Source: an uncultured Sutterella sp.
GTDB lineage: Bacteria; Pseudomonadota; Gammaproteobacteria; Burkholderiales; Burkholderiaceae_F
Assembly: GCA_900545275.1 (NCBI GenBank)
Contig: UQYG01000003.1
Span: 99,032 to 163,031 of the forward strand
Direction: 5' to 3'
Length of the DNA: 64,000 bases
This document shows positions 37,459-46,550 of this stretch, piece by piece; within the stretch, counting starts at the first letter, position 1; each line of letters opens with the position of its first letter. The notes beneath the pieces are model-generated. The model did no database searches and was not told the DNA's origin. It saw only the letters and a program-made list of their open reading frames with translations. Both the position numbers and the translations under genes were made by a program.

Positions 37459-38409
37459 TTACGAAAGTCGTACGGTCGCCCTCTGCAACATGTCGACGAG
37501 GTCGCATGCGGCGGCGGTAAGCTGTCGGCGCAGTTCTTCGGCGCAGGGTTCCCAGGCCGGATAAAAACGCTCGCGGCCGGCTTTGCCAAGAAGGCAGGAA
37601 CCGTCGTCCGGTGTGGAAAAGTCTTCCGGCCGCAACGTTTGTTCGCGAAAACATTGGATGGAGAATCGATCCACTTCGGGACGTAAGGCCTCAACAACGT
37701 CGCAGGCGAGGGATTCACGACCGTACTCGAGCGCATGGTAGAACCCGACGTAAGGGTCGAGACCGGCCCCGTAGAGTGCAATGGACGCCTCGGCCTGCAA
37801 CAGCGTGTAGCCGAGCGAAAGTACCGCGTTGAAGGGGTCTTTCGGCGGCCGGCGGTTTCGTCCGTGAAATCCCAGAGACTTGGGGAGCACTTCAGCGAGC
37901 GCCTGAAAGTATTCGCGCGCGGCAACGCCTTCGAGGCCGCGAAGCGAGGCAAGATCGGCGCACGCAGCCATCTTCTCAAGGCTTTCCTTCATAAAACGTT
38001 GACGGCGTCCGACAAGAAAGCGGTGTCGAAAGTTCCCGTCCAAGATCGTTTCGAGAAGCGCGATCTGTCCCTTGAGCTTCTTTTTCATCAGCTGCTTGGA
38101 AATTTTCAGGCAAAACTCAGGATTCTGTGACATCCGGAATTGAGCGATGCGGCGCGAGGCATCGTTGTGTGGCGTAGCCATCAGAAGAGAGGGCTCCGCC
38201 TTGCGGCCTGAGAGCACAACCACGCCGATCCCCTTTTCGCCAAGCTTGCCGAGCAGGTTGGCGTGCAGGATAACGTCGCCGCGAAGGAAGACGCGTTCGA
38301 GCGGTGCCAAGGGAATGGTGCCGGCGCGTGCTCCCTTTTCATAAAAGGCGAGCGCTTCGCCGTCGAGGCGAACTTCCACGCCGCGTCGATCAATATAGAG
38401 ACTGCTCAT
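37459..38409 (-). CDS. cas1: Cas1 integrase
   Basis: 316 aa, Cas1-like length and motifs (LYIDRRGVEVR..., LSLGYTLL, conserved acidic/His residues). Confidence 0.85.
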   Translation of the reverse strand: MSSLYIDRRGVEVRLDGEALAFYEKGARAGTIPLAPLERVFLRGDVILHANLLGKLGEKGIGVVVLSGRKAEPSLLMATPHNDASRRIAQFRMSQNPEFCLKISKQLMKKKLKGQIALLETILDGNFRHRFLVGRRQRFMKESLEKMAACADLASLRGLEGVAAREYFQALAEVLPKSLGFHGRNRRPPKDPFNAVLSLGYTLLQAEASIALYGAGLDPYVGFYHALEYGRESLACDVVEALRPEVDRFSIQCFREQTLRPEDFSTPDDGSCLLGKAGRERFYPAWEPCAEELRRQLTAAACDLVDMLQRATVRLS

Positions 38410-38476
38410 GTTGGACCTTGTGAACTGGAATGAGTAAATGGGGATGCTGATCAGATTTGCATGCGGGATCGATGAT

Positions 38477-38755
38477 TCAACAAATCAGAAACGGCCGGAC
38501 GGATTGCCGTTTTGCGGTTCCGAGATAGAGCGGTTTGCTCCGGGGATCGAGTTGAAAATAATGAAGTCGATTCGTTGTCGGATTCATTGTTTTTTGAATG
38601 TTGTTGACCAGGGCGTGTAACTCATTTTGAGACATCAGACACTCGTAAAAGGATTTTTGTCCTCCAATTGCGTGTGCTTTCACAAGGTTGTGAACTTTTC
38701 TTTGAGCGTAGCGGTCGGAAATGTCATAGCAAATTAAGTAGATGCATCGATCCAT
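38477..38755 (-). CDS. cas2: Cas2 (copy b, upstream of cas1; AT-rich gene)
   Basis: 92 aa MDRCIYLICYDISDRYAQRKVHNLVKAHAIGGQKSFYECLM is a classic Cas2; GC content approx. 45% against approx. 62% for neighbours. Confidence 0.8.
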   Translation of the reverse strand: MDRCIYLICYDISDRYAQRKVHNLVKAHAIGGQKSFYECLMSQNELHALVNNIQKTMNPTTNRLHYFQLDPRSKPLYLGTAKRQSVRPFLIC

Positions 38756-38947
38756 GGGGAACCTCCGATGAGGTTATTCTATCGTGCTCAAAGAGAGATC
38801 TTGAAAATCGCAAGTTTGTGATTTTTAATTTTGTTCTTGGAAGGATCTTGGGTCGGCAATCAATGTAGAAATTAGATGGGGTAAATCCATCCCGTACGAG
38901 ATTTTATTCAAATCCATGCATAACCACGGCCGATTCCATAGCGTGGA
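38756..38947. promoter_or_regulatory. AT-rich flank between cas2b and CRISPR array (alternative leader candidate)
   Basis: approx. 190 bp AT-rich with ttgtgatttttaattttg; contains motif caagtttgtgatttt shared with region upstream of cas10 (46544..46562). Confidence 0.4.
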
Positions 38948-39261
38948 GTTTCAATCCCTTCGAAATCAGGGTTTCATTCGAACCTGAGAAAGACGCGAAG
39001 GTCGAGGAGATCAAAAAGTCTCAATCCCTTCGAAATCAGGGTTTCATTCGAACAAAGGTATGCCTGCCAAGTATGCTCCATACGATTCGTCTCAATCCCT
39101 TCGAAATCAGGGTTTCATTCGAACCGCACTCAAGGCGGCGAAAGCCTTCGAAAAGCTGTCTCAATCCCTTCGAAATCAGGGTTTCATTCGAACAAATACG
39201 ATTGTTATTTCATCCAAGAACCAAAGTCTCAATCCCTTCGAAATCAGGGTTTCATTCGAAC
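38948..39261 (-). CRISPR. CRISPR array, 5 x 36 bp repeats, 4 spacers (32-35 nt)
   Basis: Repeat gtctcaatcccttcgaaatcagggtttcattcgaac at 39018, 39089, 39158, 39226. Repeat at 38948 has 1 mismatch (gtTtc). Spacers 34, 35, 33, 32 nt. Probable transcription on minus strand with leader = cas6 3' end. Confidence 0.95.
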
Positions 39262-40287
39262 CGCTCCGACGGTCAACGGTTTCTCGCTGTTGAGTTCCAG
39301 AGGATCCGTTCCAATTTTATCCGTTCTGTCGTGACTTTTCTCTAAGGTTTGATTTGCATCAAGTAGTTTGTACTTTCCCAATCCAAAAACCGCACTCTTA
39401 CCCAGGTGTATCCATTGACCAAGAAAAAGGAAAGTCTGTAACTCCGCAGGCACTTCAAAAAGCGTGAAATCTCCGACAACCCCGCCCAATCGGATCTTCT
39501 GATCCTGACGGCTCGAGTAACGACTCCAATTCCGCCAGCGAAGCTGGTTCTCGCAGCGGATGCCGCGTGCGAGCGCGGACAGGCGCGAGTAGTCAGGTTC
39601 AATTTTCCGGGCGTGAAATTCCATCAGCAGGCCGATTCGTCGAACCAGAGCGTTTAGAAGCGTGCCGGGTACGATTTCTCGAATCCCGATGTTACGCCCG
39701 TTGTTTTGCAGGCGAAGGGGCGTGGCAAAGCTAAGCGTCACGTTTTGCGACTCGGGAAAGTCGGGAAGCTTTACGGTCTTCGGATGTTGGATGACGGAGC
39801 GCTGTGCCGCACCGTACACCGACTGGTAGGTGCCGTTCACTTCGACGTTCACGTTTTCGAGTTCGGCGGAACCCTTGGCAACTTCGCCCGCGAAGGCGCG
39901 CTGCACGGCGAAAATGATGAGCGGCAGTTGGTGGAGCGCCCTTCCGATTAACACCATGTGAAAGGAAAACGCTTCCCCGGGTTCCGACGTGCGCCGTCCC
40001 CACGCGGGAGCTTCGACTACATAGGGGTGCGGAATCTGACTGAATTTCTGCAGAACGTGCTCTTCAGGTGGCGCCGATTCGAAAAGGACGGCGTAAGGGC
40101 AGGTGCGGTAGAGCATGCACTCGGGGCAGGTCGGTCGATGTGTCATGCAGGCCGTTTTGAGCAGAGCTCGACCGATGGCTCCGCGGATCGCGGAGCCAGC
40201 GTAGTCGGGCCAGAGCATCGTTTTCGTCACGCGCAGGTCGAATCGATAGCGCGCAATGGGCCATTCCTTGGGAAGAGGAGCGGTCAT
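39244..40287 (-). CDS. cas6: Cas6 endoribonuclease; stop codon lies inside the terminal CRISPR repeat
   Basis: ORF 39244..40449; start MTAPLPKEWPIARYRFDLRV at 40287; G-rich loop GKSAVFGLGKY near C-terminus; last 5 codons (VRMKP*) encoded by repeat sequence. Confidence 0.75.
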   Translation of the reverse strand: MTAPLPKEWPIARYRFDLRVTKTMLWPDYAGSAIRGAIGRALLKTACMTHRPTCPECMLYRTCPYAVLFESAPPEEHVLQKFSQIPHPYVVEAPAWGRRTSEPGEAFSFHMVLIGRALHQLPLIIFAVQRAFAGEVAKGSAELENVNVEVNGTYQSVYGAAQRSVIQHPKTVKLPDFPESQNVTLSFATPLRLQNNGRNIGIREIVPGTLLNALVRRIGLLMEFHARKIEPDYSRLSALARGIRCENQLRWRNWSRYSSRQDQKIRLGGVVGDFTLFEVPAELQTFLFLGQWIHLGKSAVFGLGKYKLLDANQTLEKSHDRTDKIGTDPLELNSEKPLTVGAVRMKP

Positions 40288-40292
40288 GGAAT

Positions 40293-41816
40293 TCAATTCT
40301 CCTGTCGCAGGGCGCGGAAGACTGCCTTGAGTTCCTTCGCCTTTTTCCCTTGATACATGTTTTTCGCCTTGGCGACGGGGCCGAGTTCTCGGGCGACCTC
40401 GATCTGCAGATCCACGGACCACGAAAGAGCGGTCTGAAGGAAGTTCCACGTTTCGTTGTAGAGTTCGGATCCGGGCTTCACGTCGCCCGAAGTGGCCTTC
40501 AGTTTCTTCACCATGTCTTCGAGAAGAAGTTTCTCGGGCGAAAGTTGTGAGCGGCGAATTTCATCGGCACGGGCGGCCTCTTCGGCAAGCAGGCGCTTCT
40601 TTGCTTCTTCCGCTCGAAGGGCGGTTTCTTCGGCCTCCTTTCGACGAGCTTCTTCGAGAAGGGCCTTACGCTTTTCGAAAAGATCGGTGAGGTCGATGAC
40701 GGGCGTCTCGGGCTGTCGGGCGCAGAAGCTCTTCACCGCCTCCCGCACGGGATCGTCCGAACGTTCCAGGAGACACCACCCGAAGGGAAGGGTTTCCTGT
40801 CCGTCCATGACGCGCCATTCCGTTTTGGTGCTGGTTTTGCCTTTTTCTTTGTAAATGGAAGCAATGCCGCCCTGCAGGACGATGCTTTCCGCTCCGACGT
40901 TTTTCCCGATGCGGATGACCGCGACACGGTTTTGACGGATGTCTTTCTCGAGTTTTCGGAGGAGCTGCGAGAAACTGTCGCTCCAGGCGCGACCTTCTGA
41001 AAAGCGGGCGTACTTTTCGACTTCCTTCTTCAGGATCGGAGTGTAATAGGCGTTGAGATCCGTGAAGATTTCCTTGACGCTTCCGTAGACATGGGAAGCG
41101 CGTTGCCCGGCATTCGGGGGCGTGAGACCGAGCGACCCTTTGAACGGGCGCACTGCGCCACGCTCGAGAATTTCGAAGGCTGCCCAGAACTCCCCTTTTT
41201 GAGTGAGCGGTACGCCGTCACCTTTATAGCAACGTTTTGCAATGATAATGCGCGAGGGAACGGACTGCGTCGTGAGCAAGTCCGCTACCTTCAAAAAGCG
41301 CATGGGAGAATTCGAGAAAGTGCTGTCGAGGACTTTCCGGTCCAAGTCGTCCTTGATGTCGCGCGGCGCGCCGGCGTTCACGCGGTTCAACAGCGCCGTG
41401 TGGATGACGCCCTTGAGGGCGCTGCCGGGGAGGTAGTACGCATCCCCGTCATTTGTCGCGCAATACGTGGTGCGCGCGATTTTGTTCTGGTTTCGACCTT
41501 CTCCCTTTTCCGCCATCAGGCGGTAGGTCTTCACGCATTGTCCGCAGACGGGAAGGGCGTTTTCCGCAAAGACAAGGAAAGTCTCGGCGTTTCGCTGAAA
41601 GAACTTGACGACGGAGGGAATGCTCCCGGAACGTACGGCGGAGAGAAATTCCTTTCGCAGCGCCGCGTCCATCGGCACGACGGCGGGGTCGAACGAATAA
41701 AGGACGTTCTGATGGATGACGTAGTTCGTCGGTTCGTAGTCTTCGCCGCAGCCGATGTGAAGGGGCGACAAAGGCGTGAGGGAAATCGCTTGGCTTGTGA
41801 TCCTGGCGTCAGTCAT
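40293..41816 (-). CDS. csm5: Csm5 (Cas7-family, type III-A)
   Basis: ORF 40293..41921; start MTDARITSQ at 41816 overlapping csm4 stop by 4 bp; RAMP-like. Confidence 0.75.
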   Translation of the reverse strand: MTDARITSQAISLTPLSPLHIGCGEDYEPTNYVIHQNVLYSFDPAVVPMDAALRKEFLSAVRSGSIPSVVKFFQRNAETFLVFAENALPVCGQCVKTYRLMAEKGEGRNQNKIARTTYCATNDGDAYYLPGSALKGVIHTALLNRVNAGAPRDIKDDLDRKVLDSTFSNSPMRFLKVADLLTTQSVPSRIIIAKRCYKGDGVPLTQKGEFWAAFEILERGAVRPFKGSLGLTPPNAGQRASHVYGSVKEIFTDLNAYYTPILKKEVEKYARFSEGRAWSDSFSQLLRKLEKDIRQNRVAVIRIGKNVGAESIVLQGGIASIYKEKGKTSTKTEWRVMDGQETLPFGWCLLERSDDPVREAVKSFCARQPETPVIDLTDLFEKRKALLEEARRKEAEETALRAEEAKKRLLAEEAARADEIRRSQLSPEKLLLEDMVKKLKATSGDVKPGSELYNETWNFLQTALSWSVDLQIEVARELGPVAKAKNMYQGKKAKELKAVFRALRQEN

Positions 41817-42760
41817 TCGAAATCCTCCGGTTGGAGTTCCGGAACGGGCAGCAACGGGGCGTAGCCCTGATGCACCGCGTCGGCATAAGCCGAATGTCCG
41901 GAGATGCCCTTTCCCGTCCATTGCATGGCACGAGGTTCATCGCACCAGAAGAAGGCTCCGGTGTCGGCAAGGACGATCGGCTTCTTGAAGGGCGTGCCTT
42001 CGTTGGCGCGCACGTTGCCGTGCCGGCCGAAATAGGTGATCGGACGATAAAACGAAAGGTCGCCGTCAAAACCGCAGCCCGAGGGCGCCGAGGCGGAAAG
42101 CGCAAGCCACCCGCGGGACGGGGCGTTCTCGGGGAGCTTCGCCATCGCCGCCACGTCGAATTTTCCCGCCCCAGTGCTCGCATCGCGTCCGAAGCCGAAA
42201 CCGCCCACGGCCTCGAGGAGACCTTTGAGTTCGTCGGCCGAGAGACGCTCTTCGTCGAGGTCGACGTAAAGGTCGAGCGTCTGTCCGCGGGCGAAAACGT
42301 TCGCGCTCACGTCATAGGGCGCGAAGGGACCTTCTCCCGTCGTTCCCGTGAGGCGGGAGATGCTGTTGTGCGTGCGCCAGACTTCGCGCACGAAGGGACC
42401 TTCCTGCGTGGCGCTCACGCCGATGTTGTCCCGGGCCTCCTTTTGCCATGCGATCGGAGACTTGCAAAGCGCTTCGACGGGAAGCCACTTGAGGCTTTTG
42501 AGGCGCTTTCTATCCTTGACCGATTCGGCGCGTCGCCAGACGTGGGCGGGAACCGTCGGAACCGGTACGAAGCCGTGCGGGAAGGCGTCCGAGAGGACGG
42601 CGAAGGGACGTCCCGAACAATAGCCTTCGAGGAGCGCCGTCAGGCGCTCTTCGCCGAAAGCCTCCCGAACGCTCCAGGCCACATGTCCGAAGAGCATGCC
42701 GCCCGTCATCGCAGAGGCGAAGGGAGAAAGGGGATGAATCTGCACGCAATAGCGGGTCAT
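41813..42760 (-). CDS. csm4: Csm4 (Cas5-family, type III-A)
   Basis: 315 aa; N-terminal MTRYCVQIHPLSPFASAMTGGMLFGHVAW typical Csm4. Confidence 0.8.
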   Translation of the reverse strand: MTRYCVQIHPLSPFASAMTGGMLFGHVAWSVREAFGEERLTALLEGYCSGRPFAVLSDAFPHGFVPVPTVPAHVWRRAESVKDRKRLKSLKWLPVEALCKSPIAWQKEARDNIGVSATQEGPFVREVWRTHNSISRLTGTTGEGPFAPYDVSANVFARGQTLDLYVDLDEERLSADELKGLLEAVGGFGFGRDASTGAGKFDVAAMAKLPENAPSRGWLALSASAPSGCGFDGDLSFYRPITYFGRHGNVRANEGTPFKKPIVLADTGAFFWCDEPRAMQWTGKGISGHSAYADAVHQGYAPLLPVPELQPEDFE

Positions 42761-42769
42761 AGAGCAACC

Positions 42770-43474
42770 TCAGCGCTTTTCAAAGGCGGGAACGGCGTTG
42801 AAGCGCTCCGTCACGTCTTCTCCGTCGACCGTGACGTTCGCAAAGCGGATCTTCCCGTAACCGCGGGAGGTGGAGCCGCCGAGACCGTCGAGTTCAAGGA
42901 GCTTCATGCCGGCAAAGAGAACGTCGAGCAGGTCCTTTTCCCCGTTGATCACTTTGAGGCCGACGCGGAAACGGAATTTCGCGCCCGCCGGAACGCGTTC
43001 GGTCTGACGGGGATGTTCGGCCGCGCCCGTGATGCGGTTGATCATGTTTTCCGTCTTGACGTCGGTCCAGACGCGGTGGCGTTCGTAGTATTCGCGCGAC
43101 CAGTCGGGGTCGAGCGAGGCGTCCCAGAAGGAAAGACGCGTGGGTCCCACGAAGCGCGCTTCGTCGACGTTCGGGCGATCGCTCGCGGCAAGGCCGAAGA
43201 GCTTCAGAATTCGAAGAGCTTCGTCGTCCTTCGTTTCCTTGTAAGTCTTCCAGGAAAGGGGCGTTTCCTCCACGAGGCCGCTGCGCCACTCAAGCATCGA
43301 GCGCATCTTGCCCTTGAGGCTCGAACCGGGGATGAAGGGTTCGCCCGTGACGGGATCCTTCATGACGCTGTTGTCCACGCCGCCGATGTGCATTTCGGTG
43401 TCGCTCGCGCCCACGTGAAGACCCGTTTCACAGATCAGGTCGGCTTGGACGGTGATGATGTTGTCGAGTTTCAT
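42770..43474 (-). CDS. csm3: Csm3 (Cas7 backbone subunit)
   Basis: 234 aa; GLHVGAS...GSSLKGKMRS RAMP motif. Confidence 0.9.
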   Translation of the reverse strand: MKLDNIITVQADLICETGLHVGASDTEMHIGGVDNSVMKDPVTGEPFIPGSSLKGKMRSMLEWRSGLVEETPLSWKTYKETKDDEALRILKLFGLAASDRPNVDEARFVGPTRLSFWDASLDPDWSREYYERHRVWTDVKTENMINRITGAAEHPRQTERVPAGAKFRFRVGLKVINGEKDLLDVLFAGMKLLELDGLGGSTSRGYGKIRFANVTVDGEDVTERFNAVPAFEKR

Positions 43475-43491
43475 GTTGCGTTCCTCCCGCC

Positions 43492-43884
43492 TTATTTCCG
43501 GATTTCTTCAAAGTACTTCTTGTAGCCCATGAAGGATTCGAAAAGAAGCTTTCCGTTCTTCAGGGTTTCGACGTCGCGGATTTGGTCGGCGAGTCGAACG
43601 AGAAAGTCGAGGCACGTGTCGTCGATGAGGTTGCGCCCGTTGGCGTAGTGAGCCTTCGCTTTGAGCATCTGAATGAAGGGTTCGGCCTTTTGGAAGCCCA
43701 GTTCCGGGTCGCTTTCCTTCAGCACGCGGTCGTGCCAGAAGACGACTTCGTCGTAAAAACGCCGGATTTGGGCCGTGGCGTTCTTTTTCTTCTTGTCTCG
43801 ATCGGGTGTGCAGGCCAGCGCCAGATCGCGGGCCGTATCCGAAAAGAGTGTCCTATCGGGCGCGGACAAATTAAAAGTGATCAT
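43492..43884 (-). CDS. csm2: Csm2 (Cas11 small subunit)
   Basis: 130 aa alpha-helical protein in canonical position between cas10 and csm3. Confidence 0.75.
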   Translation of the reverse strand: MITFNLSAPDRTLFSDTARDLALACTPDRDKKKKNATAQIRRFYDEVVFWHDRVLKESDPELGFQKAEPFIQMLKAKAHYANGRNLIDDTCLDFLVRLADQIRDVETLKNGKLLFESFMGYKKYFEEIRK

Positions 43885-43913
43885 GATGCGGTTCCTATGA
43901 GTGACAGACGGCT

Positions 43914-46550
43914 CTATTTGCGGTACACGCGAATGCGGTAAAAGAGGTTTGTGAGCGGCACGCGGAAGCGTTCGCCTTCGGATTCAATGCCGGCGCCGAT
44001 GACGGAAAGCAGGGATTCGGTGAAGGTCGCTACGTCTCCGTCGTTGCTGCGGCAGGCGTCCCTTGCAAAACGTGCGGTCCGATAGCAAAGACGGCTTCGC
44101 CAGACGCTGCTTCGAGGATCGTCCCGACGACCGGCGAGTTCGAGAAGTTCAAAGAGCGAATAGAGATAACTCGTGGAGAGATCCCAATGTTCGCGAAGGT
44201 GCTCAAGCTTCTCCTCGATGCCGTGCAGTTCCTCCCACTTTTCCCACGGGAAGGTGAGACCGTAGATCGTGACGGCGTTTCGACCCGAAGCCTTGGCGGT
44301 TTCCAGCGCCGCTTCCGCGGCGTCCGAGAGGGCTCGAACGGGAATGCCGGGTTTGGCGACCGTGAAGCCCGCGCTGAAGTGAACTTCCGGATTGTGGGCG
44401 GCAAAGTCCGCAAAGCGCTCGCGAAGCTCCGCGGCGAAGGTCAGGGTCTTTCCGCGCGGACCAATGAAGCTGAAGTCGTCTCCACCCGCGAAGACCGTAT
44501 AGATCGAGGGGTGTTCGCTTCGGCAGAGGAAGGGAACGTAGACCGAGAAGAAGGCGTTCATTTCGCGCGAGAGCTGCGCCGTCTTCGCAAACGTGAGACG
44601 ACGGCGGGGCGTCACGCCCGAACCCTTCAGCACGGGGTCGGCGAGGCCTTCCTGGAAGATGCGTCCGAGCTGATCTACGTCGCCCTTGAGGTGGGCGATC
44701 GCGTCCACGCCTCGGATCGTGCCGTCCTCTTCGAGGGAAAGATCTTCGCGCGAAAGCCAGGAGAAAGGCTTGATGCGTTGCGGTCCCACGTCTTCGGTGT
44801 CGAGTCCTTCATAGACGGGGTTCAGATTTTCCTCGCCCTTCACAAAGCGCGGCACGTAGCGGTTGATCGAGCGGCGTGCGAAGCCCTTCCAGAGAACTTC
44901 GTCCGCCGTGTGCGGGACGGTAAAGTCCCAGGCGCGCCGCACCGCATCGATGCCGCGCTCTTTGACGAGGGCGGAGAATTGCGAAAGACCGGCGAAAACC
45001 ACGCGGTATCCGAAGAGCGGCAGTTCGAGCGCTTCGCAGCCGTTGGGAAGCACGCCGTGCTCGTCATCGCGCAGCAGAAGCAGAAGGGATGTTCTCGGGA
45101 GCGCTTCGCCGATGCGGATCTGATCTCGCGAGACGGCGCAGGAGGGCGTTGCGTCGACCGTGCGGTCGGCCGGCCACCGCCCCTGCCAGGCACAGACGCC
45201 TTCGGGAAAGTCGACGGGCAGCACTTCGGGAACGGACGCCCCCGTGCAAAGATCAAAGCGCTGCAGTTTCGCGCGCTCGAGCGTTCGGACGAGCTTCGTC
45301 ATGAGTGCAGGAAGACGCTCCGCTCGGAGGTCCGAAAGCCGGGCGCCCTGCCACACAATGCCGATTCCCGCTTCCGCACAGGTATGACGGATGAACCACG
45401 CGTCGATCTCGGGACGCAGGGCCTCGAGTTTTTCTCTGGTTGCCGGCGTGTCGGGCGCGACGATCAGGAATTTTCCCGCCGCGTTCGTGAGCTGGGCGGT
45501 CGAGGGAAGATCGAGGGCCTCAAGAATCCGAAGCGCACAGGCTTCGGTGAGAAGCGACACGTAGAAAGACCGACCGCGCAGGATCTTCGCCATCTTGCCG
45601 TTCGTCTTTTCGTGCCCCGAGAAGATGAAGTTCTGGATTCCGAAGAAGTCCCCCTGGATGAAAAGGAGCGAATCCTTTTCCAGGATCGTTTGGTCGTCGA
45701 ACGAGGCGGCAAAGTCTTCATGCGTTTCCTCGCCGGCTTTGATTTGCTCGAGTCCCCATCGCCAAAGCGTAGCGGCAAGCGCGGCAGAGACGTGCGAGTG
45801 GTCGTAGAGCGACACGTCGGGTTCTGCATCGCCCTCGGTGAGGGCGGGAACGGCCTGACCGAAAGTAAGCCAGAGCGTGTCAAAGGCGTCGAGCCACAAC
45901 GAGGAGGACGCCTTGAGTTCCGGCGCGATCGAGTTCCCTGCACGGGAGAAGGCTTCAAAGAGTTGTTTGTACTCTCGTTCTGTCTCGTCTCGACGAAGAA
46001 GAGTGGTTTCCTTTTGCGGGAAGATCGCCGAGGCGCTCAGGGGCTTGAGGGGTTTGCGATACTGAAGCGTACCCGCCTCGCGTTCGCTTCGGTCGAGCCG
46101 CACTTCTTCGAGAAGGCTGCGAAGTCGAATCGTGAGGCCGTCCTCTTTGCAGGACGGTTTGGAGCCGACGGGCGGGAAGCCTGAGGCCGCCTTGTCAGCC
46201 GTTTCAAAAATACGACCAAGGAGTTCCGTGTCTTCGGAAAGCGCCTTCGCAGTCTCGGAGTCGGCGCATTGAACATGGGTGTGCGGGCAGGTTTCAGGGA
46301 ACGCCGCGAAGGCGAGCGCGGCGTGAGCGCCCGCCGGTGAGCCGCTTGTTGGGGACGCCGCAGCTTTCCCAGCCGCCCTTTGGGCCAGGACGTCGAGATG
46401 TCTCAAAAGAGCGGCGTGGGTTACGCGGCCGGTTGTATCGAGAAGGTTCATGGTGGTTCTCAGATCCTGTTGCGTCGAAGCGGGTACGGTTTTCCGATTC
46501 GGCGATGCAAAAACTATATCACGCGAACCAAAATTCTCAAAAAGTTGCAA
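43914..46550 (-). CDS. cas10: Cas10/Csm1 (cyclase palm domains; canonical HD motif not evident)
   Basis: 878 aa; GDFFGIQNFIF (palm 1) and FAGGDDFSFIGP (GGDD cyclase motif); N-terminal approx. 290 aa lack an obvious HD dipeptide motif; start may be internal Met approx. 46451. Confidence 0.8.
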   Translation of the reverse strand: MQLFENFGSRDIVFASPNRKTVPASTQQDLRTTMNLLDTTGRVTHAALLRHLDVLAQRAAGKAAASPTSGSPAGAHAALAFAAFPETCPHTHVQCADSETAKALSEDTELLGRIFETADKAASGFPPVGSKPSCKEDGLTIRLRSLLEEVRLDRSEREAGTLQYRKPLKPLSASAIFPQKETTLLRRDETEREYKQLFEAFSRAGNSIAPELKASSSLWLDAFDTLWLTFGQAVPALTEGDAEPDVSLYDHSHVSAALAATLWRWGLEQIKAGEETHEDFAASFDDQTILEKDSLLFIQGDFFGIQNFIFSGHEKTNGKMAKILRGRSFYVSLLTEACALRILEALDLPSTAQLTNAAGKFLIVAPDTPATREKLEALRPEIDAWFIRHTCAEAGIGIVWQGARLSDLRAERLPALMTKLVRTLERAKLQRFDLCTGASVPEVLPVDFPEGVCAWQGRWPADRTVDATPSCAVSRDQIRIGEALPRTSLLLLLRDDEHGVLPNGCEALELPLFGYRVVFAGLSQFSALVKERGIDAVRRAWDFTVPHTADEVLWKGFARRSINRYVPRFVKGEENLNPVYEGLDTEDVGPQRIKPFSWLSREDLSLEEDGTIRGVDAIAHLKGDVDQLGRIFQEGLADPVLKGSGVTPRRRLTFAKTAQLSREMNAFFSVYVPFLCRSEHPSIYTVFAGGDDFSFIGPRGKTLTFAAELRERFADFAAHNPEVHFSAGFTVAKPGIPVRALSDAAEAALETAKASGRNAVTIYGLTFPWEKWEELHGIEEKLEHLREHWDLSTSYLYSLFELLELAGRRDDPRSSVWRSRLCYRTARFARDACRSNDGDVATFTESLLSVIGAGIESEGERFRVPLTNLFYRIRVYRK

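Noticed and set aside
38756-38947. AT-rich flank as the true leader, with plus-strand array transcription
   Set aside because: Not fully rejected. Two observations favour minus-strand transcription with the leader on the cas6 side. The degenerate repeats lie at the low-coordinate ends of both the main array and the mini-array. The element conserved beside the intact repeats is on the high-coordinate side. RNA-seq is needed to decide.
41831-46184. Long plus-strand ORFs (564 aa, 665 aa) across csm3-csm4 and cas10
   Set aside because: Antisense to genes with strong Cas motifs.
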